Shown here: piece after piece, positions 7,862-16,495 of the stretch
Layout: each line of letters starts with the position of its first letter
Position numbering within the stretch: the first letter of the stretch is position 1
Assembly: GCA_049967655.1 (NCBI GenBank)
Contig: JBMFSH010000023.1
Span: 1-43,222 of the forward strand
DNA from: Acidobacteriota bacterium
Lineage (GTDB): Bacteria; Acidobacteriota; UBA4820; DSQY01
Length of the DNA: 43,222 bases
Direction: 5' to 3'
The notes under the pieces: model-generated
Seen by the model: only the letters and a program-made list of their open reading frames with translations
What the model was told of the DNA's origin: nothing
Database searches by the model: none
Made by a program: the position numbers and the translations under genes

Positions 7862-9856
7862 CTAGGGCTGCAAAACAAAAGAACGCGGGGGAAGCTCGGC
7901 CCTGTTGCCGGCGAAGTCGCTGATGGAGCCCGCTAGTACGTGCCGGCCTCGCGCCACGCCCCTGAGATCGAGGCGGATGGTGCGGGTGTCCATGTCCCAG
8001 TCGGGATAGACGGCCTTTCCGTCGAGGGTCAGCCTGAGGGTGCGGGCGTCCGGACCGCTGCCCAAGTCGGTGACGCGGATCCAGACCTGGCGGTCGCCGA
8101 GGTGGGGAACCGTCACGAGCTGCGGCTGGCCCCATGATGGCGCCGTGTCGTCCACGCGCAGGGCGTAGAGGCCGGCGTCCAGGTAGGGCACCGGCTTCCC
8201 CGTCCAGTTGTCCAGGAACAGGTCCCGGCTCCCGAAGTAGACGCCGAGCCCGCGGCGGGGTGCCGCGGCTGGGAAGGTGACAGCGGCCCGCGCGCAGACC
8301 GAAAAGGGCTCCACCTTCAGGGCCACGGCGCCATCGCGCACGGCGCCGCCCTCGGCGGGGGCGGCGGTGCCGAGGGCCCCCTCGGGCAAGGTCAGCAGCG
8401 CTCCCCCGGCGCTGATGCGGCCCGGCCCCGCGGCCACCCGCCAGGGCGTCATGACCTCGCCGATCGTGAGCGCTTCTCCCTCGTGGGGCAACGCCTCCCG
8501 GGGGATCAAGGCCAGGACGCGGCTTCCCGATCTCTCCTCCACGTACAGCGCGGCGACGGGCGAGGCGCCCAGGCGCAGGGGCGTGACGCCTCGATTGGAG
8601 GCGCGCGAGAGCTTGAGCACCAGGCCGTCGGGAAGGAGGCTCTCGCCTTCGAGCCGGTAGCCGGAACCCGGCAGGGAGAGGCGGGATTCGGCGGCGGGCC
8701 GGGCGGCCTCCTCCACCTCGCCCGAGACCACCGAGCGCTGGCCGGCGCGGTTCTCCGCCACCACCTCCAGCGCGTGGCGGCCCGGCGCGAGATCGCCCGG
8801 CAGGCCGGAGCCCTCCACGTGGGGCACCTGGAGCCAGGGCAGGCGCCGGAGGCGGAAGGTGTTGGTCCCGGGCCGGTCGTACTGGGGATCGAAGAGGGCC
8901 GGGGCCTCCTTGAAGCGGGCCAGGCTGATGCGCCTCAGGTCCATGCTGAAGAAGCCCTTCCCGTCCAGGCTCGCGGTGACGATGGGAAGGCCCGTGGCGA
9001 TGCTGGCCACGCCGAGGTGGTCGCCCGCCACGAGCTCCGCGTCCACGGCGCCCGAGAGGCGCACCGGCTCGGCCAGCCGGTAGCCGCCGCGGCTCCGCAC
9101 GGCGGGCACGAAGCGGGGCTCGAAGCTCCCGTCCACGGTGGCCGGCGCCTCGCGCGGGACGAAGACGAGGCCCGCGATGGCGGGAGGGGTCATGCCAGCG
9201 GGGAGCGGAAGCCCCTCCACGAAGGGGTCGCAGAGGTCGTCCCCGCGGCGGATCTCGAAGTGCAGGTGGGGAAAGCCCACGCCCAGGTCGCCCGAGTAGG
9301 CCACCACCTCGCCGGCCCTGACCGGCGCGGGAGGGGTGATCTCCACGTCGCCGGGGAAGGAGGTGCCGGCGCGCTCGCAGGCGGCGAGAAGGCGGCTCTC
9401 CAGGTGGAGGCGCTTCTCCTCGAAGCGGCAGAGGTGGCCGTAGACCGCCGTCCGCCCGTCGTTCAGTTCGAGGTAGAGCACCCGGCCGTAGCCGCCCGGC
9501 TCCCTCCGGACGCGCACCACGCGGCCGTCGGCCACGGCGAAGACCGGCCAGCCGATCTCCTGGTGGGTCCGGATGTCCACCCCTCCGTGGAAGTGCGTCC
9601 GGCGGTACTCGCCGAAGCTCGACGTGCAGCCCTCGTGGATGGGCAGGGGCCAGAGGAGCGGAGGCGGCCCGGAGGCGGCGGCGAGCGTGGCACAGGCGAG
9701 GAGCGCCGAGACGAGCAGGAGCGGAGAGGAGCGCCGAAGCCGGAAGCGCGACCCCGGCGAAGCCCCGCCTCCGCCGCGCCCGCCCCTGGCCGCGTTTAGC
9801 GTCTCACGTCTAGCGTCTTGCGTCTCCCCTCTCGCCTTTCGCATTTCGCCTCTCAC
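7862..9856 (-). CDS. M23-family metallopeptidase, exported (start uncertain)
   Basis: HFHGGVD (HxxxD), GGYG, YGHL, PHLHFE (HxH). Hydrophobic signal LLLVSALLACATLAAA. The first ~20 codons translate a heptamer repeat, so the true start may lie downstream. Confidence 0.82.
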   Translation of the reverse strand: MRGEMRKARGETQDARRETLNAARGGRGGGGASPGSRFRLRRSSPLLLVSALLACATLAAASGPPPLLWPLPIHEGCTSSFGEYRRTHFHGGVDIRTHQEIGWPVFAVADGRVVRVRREPGGYGRVLYLELNDGRTAVYGHLCRFEEKRLHLESRLLAACERAGTSFPGDVEITPPAPVRAGEVVAYSGDLGVGFPHLHFEIRRGDDLCDPFVEGLPLPAGMTPPAIAGLVFVPREAPATVDGSFEPRFVPAVRSRGGYRLAEPVRLSGAVDAELVAGDHLGVASIATGLPIVTASLDGKGFFSMDLRRISLARFKEAPALFDPQYDRPGTNTFRLRRLPWLQVPHVEGSGLPGDLAPGRHALEVVAENRAGQRSVVSGEVEEAARPAAESRLSLPGSGYRLEGESLLPDGLVLKLSRASNRGVTPLRLGASPVAALYVEERSGSRVLALIPREALPHEGEALTIGEVMTPWRVAAGPGRISAGGALLTLPEGALGTAAPAEGGAVRDGAVALKVEPFSVCARAAVTFPAAAPRRGLGVYFGSRDLFLDNWTGKPVPYLDAGLYALRVDDTAPSWGQPQLVTVPHLGDRQVWIRVTDLGSGPDARTLRLTLDGKAVYPDWDMDTRTIRLDLRGVARGRHVLAGSISDFAGNRAELPPRSFVLQP

Positions 9857-10725
9857 CCCAGCCCCGCCACCAGGCGCTTGAGGTAGGCGGCGAAGGGCCC
9901 CTGGAGGTCGGGCCGCGAAAGGGCCATCTCCACGCTGGCCTCGAGGAAGCCCAGGCGATCTCCGGTGTCGTAGCGCCGCCCCTCGAAGGTGAGGGCGTAG
10001 ACGGCCTCCTGCTCCATGAGCAGGCGGATGGCGTCGGTGAGCTGGATCTCGCCGCCGGCGCCGCGGCCGGTGCGGCCGAGCGCCTCGAAGATGGCGGGGG
10101 TGAGGATGTAGCGGCCCACCACGGCGGTGGTGGAGGGGGCCTCGTTGGGTTTCGGCTTTTCCACCATGTCCCTGACGCGGATGAGCCGCTCGCCCGCGGG
10201 TTCGCCGGCCACGATGCCGTACTTGCCCGTCTGTTCGCGCGGCACCTCCATCACGCCGAGCACGCTGGCGTGTCTCTCCTCGAAGACGTCCATCATCTGG
10301 CGTATGCAGGGCCGTTCGGAGACCACGATGTCGTCCCCCAGGAAGACGGCGAAGGGATCATCCCCGGCCCAGGTCTTGCCACAGAGCACGGCGTGGCCCA
10401 GCCCCAGCGCCTCTCTCTGACGGATGTAGGAGACCTCCACCATGGCCGCGATCTCCCGGACCACGGCCAGCTCCTCCGTTTTGCCCTTCTCCTCGAGGAA
10501 GCGCTCCAGCTCGTAGGAGACGTCGAAGTGGTTCTCGATGGCGTCCTTGCCCCGGCCCGTCACGATGAGGACCGACTCGATGCCCGCCGCCACGGCCTCC
10601 TCCATGACGTACTGGATGACCGGCTTGTCCACGACGGGGAGCATCTCTTTCGGTGAGGCCTTGGTAGCCGGCAGGAACCGCGTCCCCAGGCCGGCCGCGG
10701 GGATGATCGCCTTGCGGATGCGCAT
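9853..10725 (-). CDS. galU: UTP--glucose-1-phosphate uridylyltransferase
   Basis: MRIRKAIIPAAGLGTRFLPATKASPKEMLPVVDKP, GLGHAV, VEKP, GEIQLTDA. SD GGAGGAG. Confidence 0.96.
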   Translation of the reverse strand: MRIRKAIIPAAGLGTRFLPATKASPKEMLPVVDKPVIQYVMEEAVAAGIESVLIVTGRGKDAIENHFDVSYELERFLEEKGKTEELAVVREIAAMVEVSYIRQREALGLGHAVLCGKTWAGDDPFAVFLGDDIVVSERPCIRQMMDVFEERHASVLGVMEVPREQTGKYGIVAGEPAGERLIRVRDMVEKPKPNEAPSTTAVVGRYILTPAIFEALGRTGRGAGGEIQLTDAIRLLMEQEAVYALTFEGRRYDTGDRLGFLEASVEMALSRPDLQGPFAAYLKRLVAGLG

Positions 10726-10958
10726 GGGCTCCTCCTGAAGGCCGCTGCTGGGCCGAAGGGCGCAGTGTAGCACGAGCGGAGGGGGGATTGAGTGAAAAGT
10801 AAAAAGTAAAAAGTAAAAAAGTGAAAGGAAAAAGCTCGCCTTCCGAGGTGGGTTCTGGCCTGCGGCTGTGTCGCGGAAGGGCATCACGATAGGTCCGGCC
10901 CCTTGCGTCCCCTTGCGTCCTTGACCCGCCACGCCCGGCTGGGCTAGAGTACCGGCCC

Positions 10959-11258
10959 ATGGCGATGGCGCGAGTGCGACGCACGCTCAACCTGCTTTTG
11001 CCTCTTCTCCTGCTGGTGGCCCTTCTGCACGGGCACGCGGAGCAGAAGGGGACCCTGCGCCATCCGGGCCTCTCGGCGGACGAAGGGCCGTGCCCCATCT
11101 GCGCCGCCGTCCGCGGCGGGATGGAGGGGCCCGCCCCCCTGGTGCGCCTGCCGAGCCTCCCGGCTCCCGTCGTGCCAGTGGTCCTCCTCCCCGCCCTCTC
11201 GCCTTTCCACACCGCGCCGGCCCCCTCGCCGGCCCGCGGTCCCCCTCCCACGGCCTAG
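10959..11258 (+). CDS. DUF2946-like leader peptide (TM/signal, His, CxxC, Pro-rich linker, RGPP)
   Basis: LLLPLLLLVALLHGH...CPIC...Pro-rich...ARGPP near the C-terminus. Lies directly upstream of a TonB-dependent receptor. Confidence 0.8.
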   Translation: MAMARVRRTLNLLLPLLLLVALLHGHAEQKGTLRHPGLSADEGPCPICAAVRGGMEGPAPLVRLPSLPAPVVPVVLLPALSPFHTAPAPSPARGPPPTA

Positions 11259-11397
11259 GCCGCACCCAGTTGGAGGAAACCGGTCGCCCCCCGCTCGGGT
11301 GCGGAGACCGGAATGCAGCCGTTTGTCGAATTCATGAGGAGCGCCCGCGGGGAGCCCATGCACGCCTCGCCCCGCTTGGCGCCCGAGGGAGTGTGTG

Positions 11398-13770
11398 ATG
11401 CAGCGACTTTGGAAGGGAGCCCTCTGCGCGCTCCTGCTCTGCCTGCCCCTGGCCGCTTTGGCCACGGGGTCCACCGGGTCGGTCCGGGGAACGGTGATGG
11501 ACCGCCACGGCCAACCGGTGCCCGGCGCTTCGCTCCGCCTGTCGGGGCCCGCCTTGCCCCACGCGCTCAGGACGGCGAGCGACCTCAAGGGCGCTTTCCT
11601 GTTTGCCTCCGTGCCCGAGGGGAAGGGCTACCAGTTGCAGGTCTCGGCCGTGGGCTACACGAGCGTGGGGCTCAGGGGCGTGGTGGTGAGCGGAGGACGG
11701 GAGACGAAGCTCTCGGTCCAGCTCTCCTCCGGTGAGACCTCGGTCACCGTGACCGCCGATACCCCCAGGGCGAGCCTCCGGCAGAAGACGACGGGAGCCA
11801 GCGTCTACCGCCTCACCTCCGAGTCGCTTCGCGCGCTGCCCCAGGGACAGAGCACGCCGCTCAACCAGGTGATTCTCCAGGCGCCGGGGGTAGCCCAGGA
11901 CTCCTTCGGCCAGCTCCACGTGCGCGGCGACCACGGAGACGTGCAGTACCGGATCGACGGCATCCTCCTGCCCGAGGGGATCAACGGCTTCGGCCAGACC
12001 CTGGACACGCGCTTCGCCCAGCGGCTCGACCTGCTGACGGGGGTGCTGCCGGCCCAGTACGGCTACCGCACGGCGGGCGTGGTGGACATCACACCCAAGA
12101 GCGGCGCTCAGGAGGCCGGTGGGACGACGGAGGCGGGAGGAGGGATCGACCTCTACGGCGGCGCCCGCGGCACCTTCCAGACGAGCGTGGACGCTGGAGG
12201 CTCGCAAGGATCGTTCCTCTACTACGCCACCGCCACGGCGCTCACGAACGACCTGGGGATCGAGTCCCCCACGCCCGCCGTGGATCCCCTCCACGACCAC
12301 ACGAACCAGCTCAAGGGATTCGCCTACCTCAACTGGCTGCTCTCGCCCGCGCTTCGCCTGAGCCTCATCACCGGCAGCGCCGCGGGGGAGTTCCAGATCC
12401 CCGACAATCCGGGCCAGCAGCCGGCCTTCTCCTTCGCGGGGCTCCCGCCGGACCGCCTCGCCCTCCTCTACCCGAGCGCGGAGCTCAACGCCACCCAGCA
12501 CGAGGTGAACCACTACGCCATCTTGGCCCTCAAGGGCGAGCCCTCCTCGGACCTCAGCTACCAGCTCGCCCTCTTCTCCCGCTACAGCAGCGTCCACTAC
12601 CACCCCGACCCCGTGGGCGACCTCATCTACAACGGCGTCGCCTCGGACGTCTTCCGAAGCGATACGGCCACGGGGGTGCAGGGCGACGGGAGCCTGAAGT
12701 TGGGCAAGCACACGCTCGGGGCCGGCTTCTTCGTGAGCGGGGAGAACGCCGTGAGCGACAACACCTCCTCGGTCTTCCCCGCCAACGCCTCGGGAGAACA
12801 GACGGGGCAAATTCCCTTCTTCATCACCGACGACCACTCCAAGCGGGGCTGGCTCTACGGCCTTTATCTCCAAGACCGCTGGCAACCGACGAAAAAGCTG
12901 AGCGTGCTCTATGGGGTTCGCCTGGACCGGGTGTCGGCCTACGTCCAGGCGAGCCAGCTTTCGCCGCGGCTCATCGCCACCTACGAGCTTTCGCCCGCCG
13001 TGAGCCTGCACGCGGGCTACGCCCACTACTTCACGCCTCCACCCCTGGAGCTCATCGCGCCCACGAGCATCGAGAAGTTCCAGGGCACGACCAACGCCCT
13101 GCCCACGCAGGTCAACACGAACGTGGTGCCCGAGCGGACCGACTATTTCGACGCGGGGGCCTCCTTTCGGGTGACGCCGCGCCTGCAGCTCGGCCTGGAC
13201 GGCTACTACAAGGAGGTCCACGACCTTCTGGACGAGGGGCAGTTCGGCCAGGCCCTGGTCTTCTCGCCCTTCAACTACCGGAGGGGAAGGGTCTACGGCG
13301 TGGAGGGGACGCTGGAGTATCGCGAGGGGCCGCTCGATCTGTACGGCAACCTCGCCTACGGCACCGCCCTGGGGAAGGAGGTGGTCTCGGGCCAGTACAA
13401 CTTTGATCCCGCCGAGCTGGCCTACATCGCCACCCACTACGTCCACCTAGACCACGACCAGACCCTCACCGGCTCAGCGGGGCTCTCCTACCAGTGGAGC
13501 AGGGTGCGGGCCAGTCTGGATGCACTCTACGGGAGCGGCCTGCGTCGGGCCTTCGCCAACACCAAGAGCCTGCCCTCCTACCTTCAGGTCAACCTCGGCC
13601 TCACGGGCCAGATCCCCACGCGGCGCCTCGGCCCCTTCTCCTGGCGGATCAGCCTCGTCAACCTGCTGGACCGGGTCTACGAGATCCGGGACGGCTCGGG
13701 CATCGGCGTCGGGGCCCCGCAGTACGGCCCGCGCCGGGCGCTCTACGTGGGCCTGAGCAAACGGTTTTGA
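11398..13770 (+). CDS. TonB-dependent outer membrane receptor with N-terminal carboxypeptidase-regulatory-like domain
   Basis: Signal peptide, GSVRGTVMD..GQPVPGA domain, plug (APGV...HVRG...YRIDGI), beta-barrel strands, NLLD motif, C-terminal Phe. Confidence 0.92.
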   Translation: MQRLWKGALCALLLCLPLAALATGSTGSVRGTVMDRHGQPVPGASLRLSGPALPHALRTASDLKGAFLFASVPEGKGYQLQVSAVGYTSVGLRGVVVSGGRETKLSVQLSSGETSVTVTADTPRASLRQKTTGASVYRLTSESLRALPQGQSTPLNQVILQAPGVAQDSFGQLHVRGDHGDVQYRIDGILLPEGINGFGQTLDTRFAQRLDLLTGVLPAQYGYRTAGVVDITPKSGAQEAGGTTEAGGGIDLYGGARGTFQTSVDAGGSQGSFLYYATATALTNDLGIESPTPAVDPLHDHTNQLKGFAYLNWLLSPALRLSLITGSAAGEFQIPDNPGQQPAFSFAGLPPDRLALLYPSAELNATQHEVNHYAILALKGEPSSDLSYQLALFSRYSSVHYHPDPVGDLIYNGVASDVFRSDTATGVQGDGSLKLGKHTLGAGFFVSGENAVSDNTSSVFPANASGEQTGQIPFFITDDHSKRGWLYGLYLQDRWQPTKKLSVLYGVRLDRVSAYVQASQLSPRLIATYELSPAVSLHAGYAHYFTPPPLELIAPTSIEKFQGTTNALPTQVNTNVVPERTDYFDAGASFRVTPRLQLGLDGYYKEVHDLLDEGQFGQALVFSPFNYRRGRVYGVEGTLEYREGPLDLYGNLAYGTALGKEVVSGQYNFDPAELAYIATHYVHLDHDQTLTGSAGLSYQWSRVRASLDALYGSGLRRAFANTKSLPSYLQVNLGLTGQIPTRRLGPFSWRISLVNLLDRVYEIRDGSGIGVGAPQYGPRRALYVGLSKRF

Positions 13771-13865
13771 GGGGATGAAAAATCCACCACAGAGGAACAG
13801 AGGCCCAGAGGAATCAGAAAAGAAAAGCGATTCACGCTGAAGGACAAGAAACGAAAAAGGATAAG

Positions 13866-13893
13866 GGCGCGGGGCGTGGTCGTACCCCGCGCC
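13866..13893. terminator. Hairpin between convergent genes
   Basis: GGCGCGGGG...CCCCGCGCC inverted repeat. The adjacent A-rich tract reads as U-rich on the minus strand. Confidence 0.6.
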
Positions 13894-13896
13894 TGC

Positions 13897-14949
13897 TCAC
13901 TTCCTCACTTCCTCACTTCCCCTTGCCACCTGGAGCACCTTGGCGCCGCGGATCTTTCGCTCCTTGAGTTCCCGGAGGGCCCGGTTGGCCTCCTCCAGCG
14001 GGTAGAGCTGAACCTCCGGACGGATGGGGACGGCGGCCGCCAGGTCGAGGAAGTCGCGCACGTCGGCCCGCGTCACGTTGGCCACGCTCTTGATCTCCTT
14101 CTCCATCCAGAGGTGCCGGGCGTAGTCGAGGCCGCCAAGCACCGCCTGGTCTCTAGACTCCTTCCGGATGGCGTTGATGACGAGGCGTCCCCCCGGTTCC
14201 AGGCACTCCAGCGCCCGCACCACGGGGCGCCAGACGGGCGTCGTGTCGATGATGGCCCGGCAGAGGCGTGGAGGCGCCTCCTCCGTGTCGCCCGCCCAGG
14301 AGGCACCCAGTTCCCGCGCGAAGGCCCGCTCTTGCTCGCTTCGGGCGAAGACGATGAGGGGACTGCGCGGGTAGAGGTGGTGGGCTAGGGAGAGTACTAA
14401 GTGGCCCGAGGCCCCGAATCCAGTAAATCCTAGCACGTCGCCGTCGCGCAGACCGCACAGTCTCAGCGAGCGGTAGCCCACGGCGCCGGCGCAGAGAAGC
14501 GGCGCGGCCTCGGCATCGGAGAAGAACTCCGGGATGGGGTGAGCGAAAGCCTCGGGAACGACCATGACCTCGGCGTAACCTCCGTCCGCGTCCCGGCCCG
14601 TGGCCTGAAAGGAGGAGCAGAGGTTCTCCTCGCCCGTCCGGCAGTGGTCGCAGCTCCCGCAGGCCGAGAAGATCCAGGCCACGCCCGCGCGCTGGCCGGG
14701 GGCGAAGGAGAGCGCTCCCGGGCCGCGTCTCGCCACCCGTCCCACCACCTGGTGACCCGGCACGACCGGCAAGCGCGGCGGCGGCGTGCGCCCCTCGATC
14801 TCATCCAGCTCCGTGTGGCAGACCCCACAGACCGAGACGCGAAGAAGGAGCTCCCCGGGCCCGGGGACGGGCACGGGCAGATCGGCCAACTCCAGCGGTT
14901 CCGGCTCCGTGGCCATCTCCGTCAGCCGTTTTAGCACCATGGCTCTCAT
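13897..14949 (-). CDS. Zinc-dependent alcohol dehydrogenase family protein
   Basis: MRAMVL start, CGVCHTELD, PGHQVVG, structural Zn site CGSCDHC...ENLC, APLLCAG, GFGASGH. Confidence 0.92.
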   Translation of the reverse strand: MRAMVLKRLTEMATEPEPLELADLPVPVPGPGELLLRVSVCGVCHTELDEIEGRTPPPRLPVVPGHQVVGRVARRGPGALSFAPGQRAGVAWIFSACGSCDHCRTGEENLCSSFQATGRDADGGYAEVMVVPEAFAHPIPEFFSDAEAAPLLCAGAVGYRSLRLCGLRDGDVLGFTGFGASGHLVLSLAHHLYPRSPLIVFARSEQERAFARELGASWAGDTEEAPPRLCRAIIDTTPVWRPVVRALECLEPGGRLVINAIRKESRDQAVLGGLDYARHLWMEKEIKSVANVTRADVRDFLDLAAAVPIRPEVQLYPLEEANRALRELKERKIRGAKVLQVARGSEEVRK

Positions 14950-15192
14950 CAGCGATCCTCCCGGCAAGGCTTCATCCGCCGTTCTCCACTCTCCACTCTC
15001 CACCTTCAGTATGGCTCTTGCCTGGAACCGATGCACGGATCTCCGAGGGATAAGCCCGAGGGTCCGATCCTGAATTACAGCGGTGGCCGCCGCCCCGGGC
15101 CGAGCCCGGCGCCGCCCGGGAGGCTTGCCGGCACGCCGGTGGGGGCGCATCATGAGGCGCCGGCACGGGGCCGGTCGTGGCGAGGGGGAACG

Positions 15193-16068
15193 ATGGCCGT
15201 CGTTTGGACGCTGCTGGTGGTGATCTGGGGGTCCACCTGGCTGGTGATCAAGGTGGGGCTGGGGGAGCTGCCGCCGTTCCTCTTCGCGGGCATCCGGTTC
15301 GCCATCGCCCTGGTGCCGCTCCTCTTCCTCTTGTCGGCGAGGGGTTTGCGCTGGCCGCGGCCCCGGGAAGACTGGATGCTCCTGGCCGGCACGGCCTTCC
15401 TCTCCTTCACCCTGGGCTACGGGCTGGTCTTCTGGGCCGAGCAGTACATCCCCTCGGGCCTCACGGCGGTCCTCTTCACGACCTATCCGCTCTTCGGCCA
15501 GCTCTGGGCCCACGCGCTCCTGCCCGCCGAGCGGCTCACCCTGAGGAGGCTGGCCGGAGCGGCCCTCGGGCTCGGAGGCGTGGTCCTGATCTTCGCGGGG
15601 AGGCTCAGCCTGGAGGGACCCATGGCCGTGTGGGGCGGCTTGGCCGTGGTGGGCTCGGCGGCCTCGGGGTCGCTGGGATCGGTGCTCATCAAGGCGCGCG
15701 GCGGCCACCTCGATCCGGGGGTGGTGACGGCCGTGCAGATGAGCCTCGGCGGGCTCCCGCTACTGCTGATCGGGCTGGCGGTCGAGGGAAACCCCGCCCG
15801 CCTGCATTGGACGCCCACGGCCGTCCTCTGCCTGCTCTACCTGGCGCTTGTGGGCTCCTCCCTGGCCTTCGTGCTCTGGTACCGGCTCCTGAAGACCACC
15901 GAGGTCACGCGGGCGCAGGTGATCCCCCTGCTCAACACCGTGGTGGCCGTGATCCTGGGCTGGCTGGTGTTGGGGGAGACCTTCGGCCTGCGCGGCGCCG
16001 TCGGCACCCTGGCGGTGCTGGCGGGAACGGCCCTCGTCCTCCGCAGGCCCGCGACCCGTCCCCGCTGA
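15193..16068 (+). CDS. EamA/DMT family transporter
   Basis: IWGSTWLVIKVGL...PPFLFAGIRF, two EamA repeats, LGWLVLGE. Confidence 0.9.
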   Translation: MAVVWTLLVVIWGSTWLVIKVGLGELPPFLFAGIRFAIALVPLLFLLSARGLRWPRPREDWMLLAGTAFLSFTLGYGLVFWAEQYIPSGLTAVLFTTYPLFGQLWAHALLPAERLTLRRLAGAALGLGGVVLIFAGRLSLEGPMAVWGGLAVVGSAASGSLGSVLIKARGGHLDPGVVTAVQMSLGGLPLLLIGLAVEGNPARLHWTPTAVLCLLYLALVGSSLAFVLWYRLLKTTEVTRAQVIPLLNTVVAVILGWLVLGETFGLRGAVGTLAVLAGTALVLRRPATRPR

Positions 16069-16217
16069 GGCAGACCCCTCTGCCCGTCGGCGCTGGGACG
16101 CGCGCTTTTCGCTTGCAGCGAAAAGCGAAGCCGACTGCACAATCGTATGCTGAAATTGCTGTGGGCACCAGTGGTTCAGACGTGCTTCCTCTCCCTTCGC
16201 CTCACCCGGTCCTCAGT

Positions 16218-16289
16218 CTTTGCGAAATCTTGAGGTTCCCCGGTCCGCCGTTTATGCCTCCCTGACGCGGCGGGCCCTACTCTCACCAT
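16218..16289 (+). promoter_or_regulatory. Candidate KdpE-binding direct repeats and kdp promoter
   Basis: CTTTGCGAAATCTTGAGG and TTTATGCCTCCCTGACG resemble OmpR-type TTTA-N-TTGAC half-site pairs, just upstream of the kdp operon. Confidence 0.35.
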
Positions 16290-16311
16290 CGGAGGAGAGA
16301 GGAGGTCCGTC

Positions 16312-16392
16312 GTGGACGCCCTGCTGGTTGCCCTGCTCCTCGTTTCGTTCTGGCTCCTGGCCAGGCTGGTGGACGCCCTGGACAGGCTGTGA
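16312..16392 (+). CDS. 26-aa hydrophobic peptide preceding kdpF
   Basis: Strong SD AGGAGG, GTG start, MDALLVALLLVSFWLLARLVDALDRL*. Ends 4 nt before the first kdpF ATG. Confidence 0.7.
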   Translation: MDALLVALLLVSFWLLARLVDALDRL

Positions 16393-16402
16393 GGCGATGG
16401 CG

Positions 16403-16495
16403 ATGAACGTTCTGCACCTCCTGGGCGGGTTGCTCGCCGCGGCCCTCCTGATCTACCTCTTCTTTGCCTTGCTCAAGCCCGAGGCCCTGCAGTGA
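16403..16495 (+). CDS. kdpF: K+-transporting ATPase subunit F
   Basis: [30 protein letters not shown] has the YL..AL..PE motif. GTGA overlap with kdpA. Alternative ATG at 16397. Confidence 0.9.
   Translation: MNVLHLLGGLLAAALLIYLFFALLKPEALQ

Noticed and set aside
11332..13446. 704-aa antisense ORF, and similar ones opposite kdpA/B/D, murA, HD-GYP and glnS
   Set aside because: Antisense mirror ORFs typical of GC-rich coding DNA, with no motifs or SD.
14950..15708. Long N-terminal extension of the dehydrogenase ORF (603 aa)
   Set aside because: It is antisense to eamA and the intergenic region. Family homology begins at MRAMVL (14949), after a GGAGG SD.
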